Shown here in pieces: positions 19,061 to 28,414 of a stretch of DNA of 57,622 nt. Numbering within the stretch: position 1 is the stretch's first letter; each line of letters opens with the position of its first letter. The DNA comes from an uncultured archaeon (GTDB taxonomy: Archaea > Asgardarchaeota > Thorarchaeia > Thorarchaeales > Thorarchaeaceae), in assembly GCA_964610875.1 (NCBI GenBank), contig CAZSWP010000026.1, positions 1 through 57,622 of the forward strand, read 5' to 3'. Made by a program: the position numbers and the translations under genes. The notes beneath the pieces are model-generated. The model was not told the origin of the DNA and did no database searches. It saw only the letters and a list, made by a program, of their open reading frames with translations.

Positions 19061-21424
19061 TCATGCTCTCCTCCGTAAGTAGACAATGACCACAGCCGCA
19101 ATCACCACAACTCCTGTTACAACTGCTCCACCGATTAGAAGTCCAGAGTAGTCCATAGGAACTACCTCACCCGCACCGGATGTTGCTTCCGGATAGTTAA
19201 CATCAGGCATTGTAAGGAGGAGATTTGTTGTAAGAGGTATGACTTCTATTGATAGAACACCTTCATCAGCCAATTCACGCCAAATTCGGAATTCCAATCT
19301 GATTGTGCTAGCAAGTGATCCAAACTGGAATGAGGATTCATTTGTTACATCTCCAGTGAATTCCTCGTCAAGATAGTTTGTCCAAGGTAGTTTGAAGGGT
19401 TTACCATCCACATTTTGGTAAGCAGTCACAGTATAATTCAAAACATCCTCTGTGATGATTGAGAGATTCATCCAGACTCCAACAGGACACGTCAGAGTAA
19501 GTGCGTAATACTCCTGAGCATCACCGGGATCACCAAGAGTGAAGTTGTGCATCTCAGGGGATGCAGTAATGGTGAGGGTATCTGTCGTGTTGAACACATT
19601 ATTTGTTGGGTCTTCGACAGTGATTGTGTAGTCAGCTTTGTAGGTATTATATTCCTCACCAGGCAGTCCAAGAGTATTGTTCTCTGCCTTATATGGACTG
19701 ATGGCTACGATACAGAATCCATCCACCGCATTATCAATTATGTGACTGGTCGTATTTTCACCAAATGCCTCCCAATAGACTCCGTTTTGTCGTTGACCCA
19801 GTGTTGAGTCATAATTCAGTAATGAAAGACCATAAGTATTGAGAATATCATAATCTGCTGAAACTGACACATTCTGATGGTCCAATAATTCAATTGATAC
19901 ATTGTAATAGTCTAATGCAGATGCATCAAATCGGACTGCAGTAATTGCACCTAGATCTGCACTAACCGAACCAGGACCATCCAAAACAGGTCCTAAATTG
20001 AACTCATAATGGCCACTAGCATCAATAGAGTTTGCAGAAGCAACGGCTACGTAGTCACCTGCAGGAATATAATATACGGCAGAGTTCTCAAAGAACTCGC
20101 CATCAATAATTTGTCGACTTCTATAATATCCATCATCAAAAACTCTGAAAATACTCCAGGAGAATCCACTACCTCCTTCAGTTGAATTTAGCTTTAAAAC
20201 TGAGTCTTGTGCCAAATCAAAGCTATATGCTTTAGAATAAGAACCAGATACCCAATTTTCAATATAGAATTCTTGATTCACAGGCAACTCACGAATTATG
20301 GGTTCATCATGGTAGATGACATATTCTACATTCTCCATTCCAATTATTGTCAGATAGTATGTTTCATTCTGAAATGATTGGTAATAGATTGCATCAGAAA
20401 CTGCACTGAATTCGTTCATATATGTAAGATCGATACTACCTTCAATGAGTGCCTGACTAGTGAATAACAACCATGGCTGAAATGGCTTGTAGACGTCATC
20501 ATCGAGAGTAGGGATGTTGAGATTGTATCTAATTCTACCCGGATAAGTTGAGTTTGAGGAGAATTTGTATGTATGCGCGGTAGGTGCTTTTTCATCATGA
20601 ATGAAAGCACCGGATTCATCATCAAGAATATACTCACTTCCAGGTAAGACATCTTCGACCGCTTCCCCAACAGGTATCTCAGTCGGAGTAATTGCATCTA
20701 AAGTTAAGTCAACTGTGATCAATCCATCATCATATGAATATGGAAATAGTATGAGGAAATACATCCCAGGACCAACAGGAGTGAGAGGATAGACCATGAT
20801 ATCACCATTAGTAACACTGCCTTCCATTAGTGCGGTCCCGTTCTCATGAAGAACTAGAAAACCAAGTTCGAAGGAATCCTGTTTGGATGCGATTGTGAGA
20901 TGAATGAACTCTTCATCTGTAACGTTGAAAACTCCATAGTTCCATTTACCTGATTCAAGGATAACTGAAGTTGTTTCCTCCATTGCCATTGGAAAGAGAT
21001 ATCGTTCTTGTATTGCAGTTAGATCAAGTCCATCCCCGGTAGTGTTTATAATATCATAGAATCCAGTGAAGACGGTTGTATCAGATAACCAACCCCAACT
21101 TGCGGAATCTTGTACATCATAATCGAACATTCTTTTCGCTGGACCAGGGAAGCCTCCAGTGAAGACGTTCCAATGTGTACTCTCATACGCATATCCTTTG
21201 AATCCAATATCTTGTTCATGAAACAAGTATTGAGTATACGTCATCGCCATGTCAGATACTTCTGGATGGATGTACACGTGTCCATTGTCAGCGACCTCTA
21301 GGTCCTGATACATAGTTTCAGAATCTGTTGTGATGTAAGCAGCCTTAGAGGGCAGTACAAACACACCGAGTAACATAATCGTTAACGCGAATACTGATAG
21401 GCCAACTCTTTTCCTCAGAGACAA
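19061..21424 (-). CDS. membrane-anchored beta-rich surface protein with PPC-like beta-sandwich repeats (B1)
   Basis: Signal peptide; blocks shared with B2 (NGHVYIH, EDVLPGSEY, HDEKAPTAHTY, YQSFQNE, HNFTLGDPGDAQE, NESSFQFGS); PMD-TM-RRR tail; GAGGAGG RBS before TTG. Confidence 0.8.
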   Translation of the reverse strand: MSLRKRVGLSVFALTIMLLGVFVLPSKAAYITTDSETMYQDLEVADNGHVYIHPEVSDMAMTYTQYLFHEQDIGFKGYAYESTHWNVFTGGFPGPAKRMFDYDVQDSASWGWLSDTTVFTGFYDIINTTGDGLDLTAIQERYLFPMAMEETTSVILESGKWNYGVFNVTDEEFIHLTIASKQDSFELGFLVLHENGTALMEGSVTNGDIMVYPLTPVGPGMYFLILFPYSYDDGLITVDLTLDAITPTEIPVGEAVEDVLPGSEYILDDESGAFIHDEKAPTAHTYKFSSNSTYPGRIRYNLNIPTLDDDVYKPFQPWLLFTSQALIEGSIDLTYMNEFSAVSDAIYYQSFQNETYYLTIIGMENVEYVIYHDEPIIRELPVNQEFYIENWVSGSYSKAYSFDLAQDSVLKLNSTEGGSGFSWSIFRVFDDGYYRSRQIIDGEFFENSAVYYIPAGDYVAVASANSIDASGHYEFNLGPVLDGPGSVSADLGAITAVRFDASALDYYNVSIELLDHQNVSVSADYDILNTYGLSLLNYDSTLGQRQNGVYWEAFGENTTSHIIDNAVDGFCIVAISPYKAENNTLGLPGEEYNTYKADYTITVEDPTNNVFNTTDTLTITASPEMHNFTLGDPGDAQEYYALTLTCPVGVWMNLSIITEDVLNYTVTAYQNVDGKPFKLPWTNYLDEEFTGDVTNESSFQFGSLASTIRLEFRIWRELADEGVLSIEVIPLTTNLLLTMPDVNYPEATSGAGEVVPMDYSGLLIGGAVVTGVVVIAAVVIVYLRRRA

Positions 21425-21464
21425 AAGTGGCGCACCTCCTCTTCAGATATCATGTATGCTCTGC

Positions 21465-21478
21465 TTTATAGACTTTTG
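21465..21478 (-). promoter_or_regulatory. putative BRE/TATA of the four-gene surface operon
   Basis: Minus strand reads CAAAAG-TCTATAAA about 40-55 nt upstream of the TTG at 21424. Confidence 0.45.
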
Positions 21479-21556
21479 CTGAAATCTTTCAATAAGATGG
21501 GTTATTGCATACTAGACTCCGGAAGGTTCTTTGACCAGTAAGATGATGAAATAAGC

Positions 21557-22510
21557 ATGAAACTCGAACAGATTTACAATAAAATCGTAGAGATGGGAAT
21601 AGATGCAGATCCCAGAGGAAAAGAAAAAGTAGAAAAAATCTTGGAAGATTCAAAAAAGGCTCTTGAAAAGCTTGAAGGAAAGAAGAAAGAGCTTGCTGAC
21701 AAGGATGTGGAGTGGAACCCCTACACTGATTGCAGAGTGCTACATGGGGACATGAATCAAGAGGTTACAGGTGTACTTGCAGGTATTGACATATCTCCAG
21801 GTGAGATTGTCTTAGCGGACAGACTGAATGATAAAGGAACCACTATCGATTTAGTACTCGCTCATCATCCTCATGGAATCGGAGTGTCAAATCTTGATTT
21901 TGTTATGAAACTTCAACCAGAACATTGGGCAAAGCTGGGAGTCCCAATTGCACAAGCAGAATCAGCTATGGCCAAAAGAATGAAAGAAGTCCATTTTGCC
22001 ACAAAGCCTAGAAACCACACTCAGGCAATGGACGCAGCGAAACTACTCAATATGCCATTCATGTGTGCACATACACCAGCAGATTCGCTTGGATACCAAT
22101 TTCTAAAGAATCACTTGGACAAAACAAACCCAGATACTCTAGGAAACTTGTTGGAAACGCTATTAGAGTTACCTGAATATCAAGAGGCTGAAAAGGTTGG
22201 AGCAGGCCCAGAGATACTTGTTGGATCAGCATCAGGCAGTTGTGGCGAGAAATTCATTTTCTTCACAGGAGGAACCTCACCAGGTCCTGAAGCGGTTCGA
22301 AAATTGGCAAGAGCTGGTGTAAGTACCATTATCACCATGCATCTGACTGAAGCACTCAAGAAAGAGTGTGAAGAAGAAGGAATCTATGTCGTTATTGCTG
22401 GACACATGAGTTCTGATTCAATTGGAATGAATCTGATATTGGATGAATTAGAAAAGAACGGGGTCAAAACCCATGTCTGTTCAGGTCTGATTCGACACAA
22501 AAGAATCTAG
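21557..22510 (+). CDS. NIF3 (NGG1p-interacting factor 3)-like metal-binding protein
   Basis: GID.DPRG, NPY.D, AHHP.G, HTPAD, MH, AGHMSSDSIGMN and SGLIR motifs. Confidence 0.85.
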   Translation: MKLEQIYNKIVEMGIDADPRGKEKVEKILEDSKKALEKLEGKKKELADKDVEWNPYTDCRVLHGDMNQEVTGVLAGIDISPGEIVLADRLNDKGTTIDLVLAHHPHGIGVSNLDFVMKLQPEHWAKLGVPIAQAESAMAKRMKEVHFATKPRNHTQAMDAAKLLNMPFMCAHTPADSLGYQFLKNHLDKTNPDTLGNLLETLLELPEYQEAEKVGAGPEILVGSASGSCGEKFIFFTGGTSPGPEAVRKLARAGVSTIITMHLTEALKKECEEEGIYVVIAGHMSSDSIGMNLILDELEKNGVKTHVCSGLIRHKRI

Positions 22511-22632
22511 AAACATATTCCAAATCAAGCAAAGTATGTGCTTGTCTCTAAACAAGAAAAAAGAAGTCAAAATCAATCATATGATAAAATCCCTTACAAT
22601 GAGAGAGAAAAGTGTAGAGAAGTTGAGAGAAC

Positions 22633-22783
22633 GAAGCAAAGGTGTTCATGAAATTGTATTCATTCCATTGAGTGTTTTGAATCCATGAAACAACACCTTT
22701 GTTTCAATGGGTGCAAAGGTCCCAGGTGGATTGAGATTTAATAGAGGGACTGTTTCAATCACGAACCTTAGAGACCTGCGCCC
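22633..22783. ncRNA. tandem long-hairpin element, candidate structured ncRNA
   Basis: Hairpin 1: GAAGCAAAGGTGTT (22633-46) pairs with AACACCTTTGTTTC (22692-705). Hairpin 2: GGGTGCA-GGTC-AGGT-GATTGAGA pairs with TTTCAATC-ACCT-GACC-TGCGCCC (22709-22783). Located in a 310-nt gap between convergent genes. Confidence 0.4.
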
Positions 22784-22820
22784 TCCATTTCTCATGAATT
22801 GAATCTAATTATATTAGGAA

Positions 22821-23267
22821 TTAAAATGTCAATCTAACCGTTCTTTCGAATTCTTCAACAAGATACATTTCTGAAACATCTACTCTAATTATCTCACAAT
22901 CAGGGTGTTGTACAAAGCCCCTAAGGTTAGAGTGTCTTTGAGTAATCTTATTAGAGTACTTCTCGCGCTCTTCTCCAATGCATGTACTAATGCTTCCAAC
23001 AATTGCTAAAGAGCTAGCACCGTGGATGTCATCAGGAAGATTTCTACGATTATCGATGTGCAATGCTATTTGATTGTTAGCAATCATATTACGATACTTC
23101 TTTCTCTCAGACATTGTTGCAAAGTAAAATTTTGATAGATCATCAGAATTAACAAATGACACTAAACAGGAATATGGTACACCTTTATTGCAGGTACCTA
23201 GTACTCCTATTAGCTGGTCCTCAACTAACTCACTTATCCGCTTTAACGCCTTATCCTCTTTTTTCAT
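22821..23267 (-). CDS. pyridoxamine 5'-phosphate oxidase-like FMN-binding protein
   Basis: GVLGT...PYSCLV...FYFAT...RKKYRNMIANNQIALHIDNR split-barrel pattern. ATG 23267 directly follows the aspA stop (ORF track start 23294). Confidence 0.85.
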   Translation of the reverse strand: MKKEDKALKRISELVEDQLIGVLGTCNKGVPYSCLVSFVNSDDLSKFYFATMSERKKYRNMIANNQIALHIDNRRNLPDDIHGASSLAIVGSISTCIGEEREKYSNKITQRHSNLRGFVQHPDCEIIRVDVSEMYLVEEFERTVRLTF

Positions 23268-23268
23268 T

Positions 23269-24750
23269 CTATTCATCATTCCTAGAATCATCATCTTTTA
23301 CAGTAGAGCTTTTCGAGTGGTCATGTCCGGGTATCCCAGGATTTGTCATTCTCTTTGGGGACAGAAGAACATCAAGCCATTGTTCATCCATAATCTTTTC
23401 TTCTAATACAAGCTCTCGAATAGGTTTCCCAGTATCAAGAGCTTTCTTTGCAATTCTTGTTGCAGCTTTATAGCCAATCACTGGATTTAGAGCTGTCAAA
23501 AGACCAACGCTACGATGAACAACATCCAGTCCTTCATGGTTTGGCATTATACCACTTATACACTTCTCTGTGAAGATAGGGATTGCGTTCTTGAGGATTT
23601 TCAGACCTTGGAAGAAATTATAGGCAATCACTGGTTCAAAGGCATTCAGCTCCAACTGTCCCGCTTGAGCTGCAAGTGAAATGACAGTATCATGCCCAAT
23701 CACTTGAAATGCAACTTGAGTTACCATCTCAGGGATTACCGGATTTATTTTTCCAGGCATAATGGAACTCCCGGGTTGGACTGGTGGCAAGATAATTTCA
23801 TGAAATCCTCCTATTGGTCCAGAAGAGAGAAGAATTAGGTCCCCACAGATTTTTGATAGATTGGTCGCCAAGACTCTTAGTAATCCGGATACATGTACAA
23901 ACTCGTCTGCGTTCTGAGTGTCATCAATGAGGTTTTCTGCCGTCTTTAATTCTTCAAGGCCTGTCACTTCTATCAAATATTTCTCTGCCAGCTTGATATA
24001 TTCAGGATCAGCATTTAGAGACGTACCAATTGCTGTAGCACCTATGTTGTGCGTCATCAATACATCTATAGCTAGTCCAATTCTTAGAAGATCGCGTTTT
24101 AGTCCAGCTGACCATGCACTAAACTCCTGTCCCAGTGTTATTGGCACCGCATCTTGCATCTCAGTCCGGCCCAATTTCAGTACATCTTTGAATTGCTCAG
24201 CTTTATTATCAAAGGCAAGTATGAGTTCTTCTAATGACTCTGATAGGTCTCTCATCCCAAAAATTGTGGCTATTTTGATTGCTGTAGGATAGACATCATT
24301 CGTCGATTGACTCATATTCACATGGTCATTAGCTGAAATTGGAAAAATCGAATTCCTTGGCTCCCCGATTATTTCGTTTGCTCTTGAAGCAATGACCTCA
24401 TTACAATTCATGTTAGTGCTAGTGCCAGCTCCACCCTGAAGCATATCAACAACGAATTCCTTCTGTAGTTTGCCTTCGATTATCTCATCACATGCCTGAA
24501 CTATTGCATCTCTATACTTTTCATCCAGATGACCTAACTCACAGTTAGCCAATGCACAGGCTTTCTTCACCATTGCTAACGATTCTACTAGAGTGGAATA
24601 CGTGTGAAGATATATCAAAGAAACTCCAAAATTCTCCATTGCACGTAAAGTTTGAATACCCCAATATGCATCCTTGGGAACCTTACGTGTACCAACTAAA
24701 TCACTCTCTTCGCGGTACTCAACATCATCAGGCATTCTATCATCCACCAT
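23269..24750 (-). CDS. aspA: aspartate ammonia-lyase
   Basis: YWGIQTLRAMENF, QGGAGTSTNMN, SQSTNDVYPT, GRTEMQDA and GSSIMPGKINP signature. Confidence 0.9.
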   Translation of the reverse strand: MVDDRMPDDVEYREESDLVGTRKVPKDAYWGIQTLRAMENFGVSLIYLHTYSTLVESLAMVKKACALANCELGHLDEKYRDAIVQACDEIIEGKLQKEFVVDMLQGGAGTSTNMNCNEVIASRANEIIGEPRNSIFPISANDHVNMSQSTNDVYPTAIKIATIFGMRDLSESLEELILAFDNKAEQFKDVLKLGRTEMQDAVPITLGQEFSAWSAGLKRDLLRIGLAIDVLMTHNIGATAIGTSLNADPEYIKLAEKYLIEVTGLEELKTAENLIDDTQNADEFVHVSGLLRVLATNLSKICGDLILLSSGPIGGFHEIILPPVQPGSSIMPGKINPVIPEMVTQVAFQVIGHDTVISLAAQAGQLELNAFEPVIAYNFFQGLKILKNAIPIFTEKCISGIMPNHEGLDVVHRSVGLLTALNPVIGYKAATRIAKKALDTGKPIRELVLEEKIMDEQWLDVLLSPKRMTNPGIPGHDHSKSSTVKDDDSRNDE

Positions 24751-24812
24751 TCAAAGCATTGATGATAACCACAGAGAAGTATTCTTCAATATCAGTCTAT
24801 TGAATCGTTATT

Positions 24813-26399
24813 TCAGAAGCCTGCAGCTTGACCATCTTTTCTAAAATCAGAACCAGCAATCCACGAATCCTTTTTTCTCAGAATCACCTGCCCACCACCA
24901 AAACCAGTCATTGTTTCATGCACAAAATGATGACCTAACCGTCTAAGTTGACCTTGTACATATGGATGTATACCATTCTCCAAACCTACAGTATTCTTGT
25001 TTTGATTGTGAGTGAACCTCGGATGATCCATCGCCTCTTGGGGTAGCATATCATAATCTACCAAATTACTAACGAATTGTGCATGCGCCTCAGCTTGATG
25101 AGGACCTCCCATGATTCCAAATACACCAAAGAATTCGTTCTCCTTGTATAGCGCACCTGGGATAATTGTATGAAAAGGCCGCTTCCCTGGCGCATAGCAA
25201 TTTGGATGATTGATATCCAACGAGAAGAGATTTCCTCTATTCTGTAATTTTATCCCGGTCCCTTTTGCTACCAGACCGCTTCCAAAACCCATGTAAAGGC
25301 TATTGATGAATGAAACAGCATTACCTTCAGCATCAGCTGTAGCGAGATAGATAGTATCAGTACTCTGCTTCATGGAGAGCGATGATGGATTAATGCAAGA
25401 TGACAAACTGATTTTCTCAGATCTTGAAATTGCATAGTCTTTGGAGAGCAAGTCATCCATCGGAATATCATAATATTCCGGGTCTGCATTGTGACGATGT
25501 AAATCATCATATGCCAGCTTCTTTGCTTCAATCATGAGATGATATCTTTGGTGTGTTAATGCTCCATATTCGCCAGTACCGAGAGATTCCATGATGTTTA
25601 ACATAATTAGAGCTGCAAAGCCCTGACCATTTGGTGGATGTTCGTATACACTCATTCCATTGTAATCTGTTGAGATTGCACTGGTCTCTTCAGTATGATG
25701 GGATTCGAGGTCTTCCATTGTCAGAAACCCATCATCATTGACAACAGTGTCAACAACACTCTTTGCAATTCTCCCTGAATAAAAAGCCTCGACACCTTCT
25801 CTAGCCACTTCTTCAAAAGTATCAGCCAAGTTAGGATTTTTCATTCTAGCACCTATTTCTGGTGCATTGCCGTCAATAGTAAGAATCCGCTTAGCATCCT
25901 CATTCCTTAATACATTCTTGACGATATGCCATTGTTGAGATATTATCTCGGAAACTGGAAATCCAATCCGTGCATACTCAATTGCAGGTTCGAATACTTT
26001 TTTCATTTCCAGATTTCCATATTTCTCAACTAGGTAACACCAGAGATGCATGGCACCAGGTACGGTGACAACAGGTCCACCTCGTAAAGGCATCTCAGTC
26101 CACCCCTTTGACAAAAGCTCATCAAGGTCCGCGAGTGATCCTGCACGTCCAGAACCATTGAAACCCAAAGGCGCATCCTTACCGTGTAAATGAAGAAGAG
26201 CGAAAGCATCACCACCACAACCTGTACTGAATGGTTCGACCACGTCCAGAACAGCTGCAGAAGCAATAGCAGCATCTATCGCATTTCCCCCCTTATGTAA
26301 TATTTCAATACCAGCTTGCGTTGCTAACGGTTGTGAAGTAGCGACCATTGCATTTTGTGAGAGAATATTTGAACGACCAGTTTTTCTGCGCCAGTACAT
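24813..26399 (-). CDS. ggt: gamma-glutamyltransferase
   Basis: GGNAIDAAIA, GGDAF, TVPGA, PPNGQG, autoprocessing DT(IY), QNRG, PFHTIIP, MGG and SDFRKDG motifs. Confidence 0.93.
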   Translation of the reverse strand: MYWRRKTGRSNILSQNAMVATSQPLATQAGIEILHKGGNAIDAAIASAAVLDVVEPFSTGCGGDAFALLHLHGKDAPLGFNGSGRAGSLADLDELLSKGWTEMPLRGGPVVTVPGAMHLWCYLVEKYGNLEMKKVFEPAIEYARIGFPVSEIISQQWHIVKNVLRNEDAKRILTIDGNAPEIGARMKNPNLADTFEEVAREGVEAFYSGRIAKSVVDTVVNDDGFLTMEDLESHHTEETSAISTDYNGMSVYEHPPNGQGFAALIMLNIMESLGTGEYGALTHQRYHLMIEAKKLAYDDLHRHNADPEYYDIPMDDLLSKDYAISRSEKISLSSCINPSSLSMKQSTDTIYLATADAEGNAVSFINSLYMGFGSGLVAKGTGIKLQNRGNLFSLDINHPNCYAPGKRPFHTIIPGALYKENEFFGVFGIMGGPHQAEAHAQFVSNLVDYDMLPQEAMDHPRFTHNQNKNTVGLENGIHPYVQGQLRRLGHHFVHETMTGFGGGQVILRKKDSWIAGSDFRKDGQAAGF

Positions 26400-26422
26400 T
26401 TTGATTCATCTCCCACATCGCA

Positions 26423-27811
26423 TCATTCAGTATCCGATGATGAAGTTGTAGGATAACCTCTTTTCTTCCATTCTTTCAGACCATCGATTAGTACTCCAAC
26501 ATCCTCAAAGCCATTATGTTTTAAGATACTAGCACCAGTAGTACTTCGGACACCTGAAGGACAAATTGTTGCAACTGGTTTTTCTTTACTAATCTTTGAC
26601 ATATCCTCTTGGATGGTTGTCAAGGGAACAAAAACCGAATTCTCAACATGCTCGATTTCAGTTTCATGAGGTTGTCGTACATCAACCAACTGAATTGTTT
26701 CATTAGTGATTCCAGATTTTATCTCATCAAGTTCATACATTTTGAGAGACTGTGTTATTTTGTCATGATCCTTCCATCCGTGGAATCCAATCCCCAGATA
26801 TCCTTCCACAGAATCAATTCCAATTCGATAGAGTGATGCTACAGCTTCATCTAGTTGAGAGTGAGTATCGAGTACAAATGCATACTTCTGTTCTGAATCT
26901 AGAACCCATCCAGCAATAAGACCAATAGAACTCAGACTCAGACTGATTGAGTTAGGTAGATGACTGTGAATGAATAGCTCTGACTCTCTGGTATCCACTA
27001 CTATCATAGAATCTTCTTCAAGTATCTCTTCTATCCTGGAGGTAGTGAACATCTTCACTGTGGGAGCTTCCGATAGTAGTGGGGGACCAATTGTATTCAA
27101 TCGTTCACATCTCTTGAAGTAAGGGACTCTTGTTAATTTCTGATTTTTCTTAGCTTCAGTAAAATCGTCCTCATCCATGTCTAACCAAATATTGTTCTTC
27201 CGCTCATATCCTATTGTTGAGAAATCACGGTTTCCTATAGCACCACCACATACAGAACCAGCACCATGACCAGGATATACAATAACTCCATCACCAAGAG
27301 GAAGAACCTTTTCATGAAGACTTGCATGTAATTTCCTAGCCATTTTTTCAGTCTTTTTTATGTCGACTAAATCTGTTCGTCCAACCTCGTTCACAAAAAG
27401 AGTGTCACCCGTAAAGATAACCAATGGGTCTTCACTTACTTGTAGATCTGCAAGAACATAGCACATGCTATCATCTGTATGTCCAGGAGTTTTCAAACAA
27501 GTCACACGAACGTTCCCAAATTTTAGATTCTCCTCATCATCAAGACTATCGTCCCCATATTCAAACTTTGTAGATGATGAATGACCTATTCGTGCTGAAG
27601 GAATCTTATTCTTAAGCTCAAGAGAGCCAATCACATAGTCCTCATTTCTATGAGTTTCTAGAATATGTTGTATCTCGACTTCTTCTCGAGAAGCAATGTC
27701 AGCATAGATTTTACAATCCCTACGAGGATCTATGACAATGGCTTCTTTGCCAGAAGCAATCAGATATGACTGATGTGCAAGCCCGTTTGACTTGATTCTG
27801 AATATATGCAT
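26423..27811 (-). CDS. MBL-fold metallo-hydrolase / tandem rhodanese fusion (persulfide dioxygenase-like)
   Basis: DPRRD, ETHRNEDY, TPGHT, FTGDTLF...GRTDL, YPGHGAGSVCG, then two rhodanese domains with CPSGVRS. Confidence 0.9.
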   Translation of the reverse strand: MHIFRIKSNGLAHQSYLIASGKEAIVIDPRRDCKIYADIASREEVEIQHILETHRNEDYVIGSLELKNKIPSARIGHSSSTKFEYGDDSLDDEENLKFGNVRVTCLKTPGHTDDSMCYVLADLQVSEDPLVIFTGDTLFVNEVGRTDLVDIKKTEKMARKLHASLHEKVLPLGDGVIVYPGHGAGSVCGGAIGNRDFSTIGYERKNNIWLDMDEDDFTEAKKNQKLTRVPYFKRCERLNTIGPPLLSEAPTVKMFTTSRIEEILEEDSMIVVDTRESELFIHSHLPNSISLSLSSIGLIAGWVLDSEQKYAFVLDTHSQLDEAVASLYRIGIDSVEGYLGIGFHGWKDHDKITQSLKMYELDEIKSGITNETIQLVDVRQPHETEIEHVENSVFVPLTTIQEDMSKISKEKPVATICPSGVRSTTGASILKHNGFEDVGVLIDGLKEWKKRGYPTTSSSDTE

Positions 27812-27928
27812 GCTTTCTCTTCTCCACCTGTAACTAAATTATTGCGATTGTACATAATATCAATTGTGATTTGACGACCTAAGGCAAAGATTAAACATAG
27901 AGAAGTTTTCTCAAAAAAACGATGTTTT

Positions 27929-28405
27929 ATGCCAATAAAGAGGGAACAATCAGAATATATGGATGAAGCAATCGTGGTAATGGCGGATTTAGATACACTC
28001 AGGAAAGCCGTGGCTAAGGCATTATTCGAATATGATGAAGTACTTGAAACACTCACGCTTGAGAGAAAGAAATCATTTGATACTGTAGAAATTGGTGAAA
28101 CCATTATTTTCAAAGAGAGAATGGATCTCATGCCAGCTGAGATTGTAGCTGTAAAGATTGGAGAACAACAATGGCTTGTCATAAGTACAACAGAACTGCC
28201 AGACACAGGTTTCCCTACAACACAAGATGCAATGAGAGTTGTTGCTTCAGAAGCCAAGAAACTCAAACTAATCAAAGATTTTCTCGCAAAAGAAGCAGGC
28301 AATTATGTTGTTCAAGACATTCAGAGTTGGGAACCAGATAAATTAGCAGATGCTGAAAAGATAAGAGCCATCATTTCAGAGGCAGAGAAGAAATGGCAAC
28401 ACTGA
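27929..28405 (+). CDS. hypothetical protein
   Basis: 158-aa ORF fills the intergenic space with normal composition; no recognised motif. Confidence 0.7.
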   Translation: MPIKREQSEYMDEAIVVMADLDTLRKAVAKALFEYDEVLETLTLERKKSFDTVEIGETIIFKERMDLMPAEIVAVKIGEQQWLVISTTELPDTGFPTTQDAMRVVASEAKKLKLIKDFLAKEAGNYVVQDIQSWEPDKLADAEKIRAIISEAEKKWQH

Positions 28406-28414
28406 TTTTGTCAA

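Noticed and set aside
9110-21424. Duplicated surface genes as a diversity-generating retroelement or phase-variation cassette
   Set aside because: No reverse transcriptase or recombinase, and no near-identical TR/VR pair with adenine-specific differences was seen; divergence looks like ordinary paralogy.
22508-22651. Open frame continuing about 46 codons past the NIF3 TAG (possible pyrrolysine read-through)
   Set aside because: The NIF3 family normally ends just after SGLIR, and the extension is low-complexity purine-rich sequence.
22701-22760. Two GTTTCAAT motifs resembling CRISPR repeat ends
   Set aside because: Only 8 bp shared, two copies 51 nt apart, no repeat-spacer periodicity and no cas genes.
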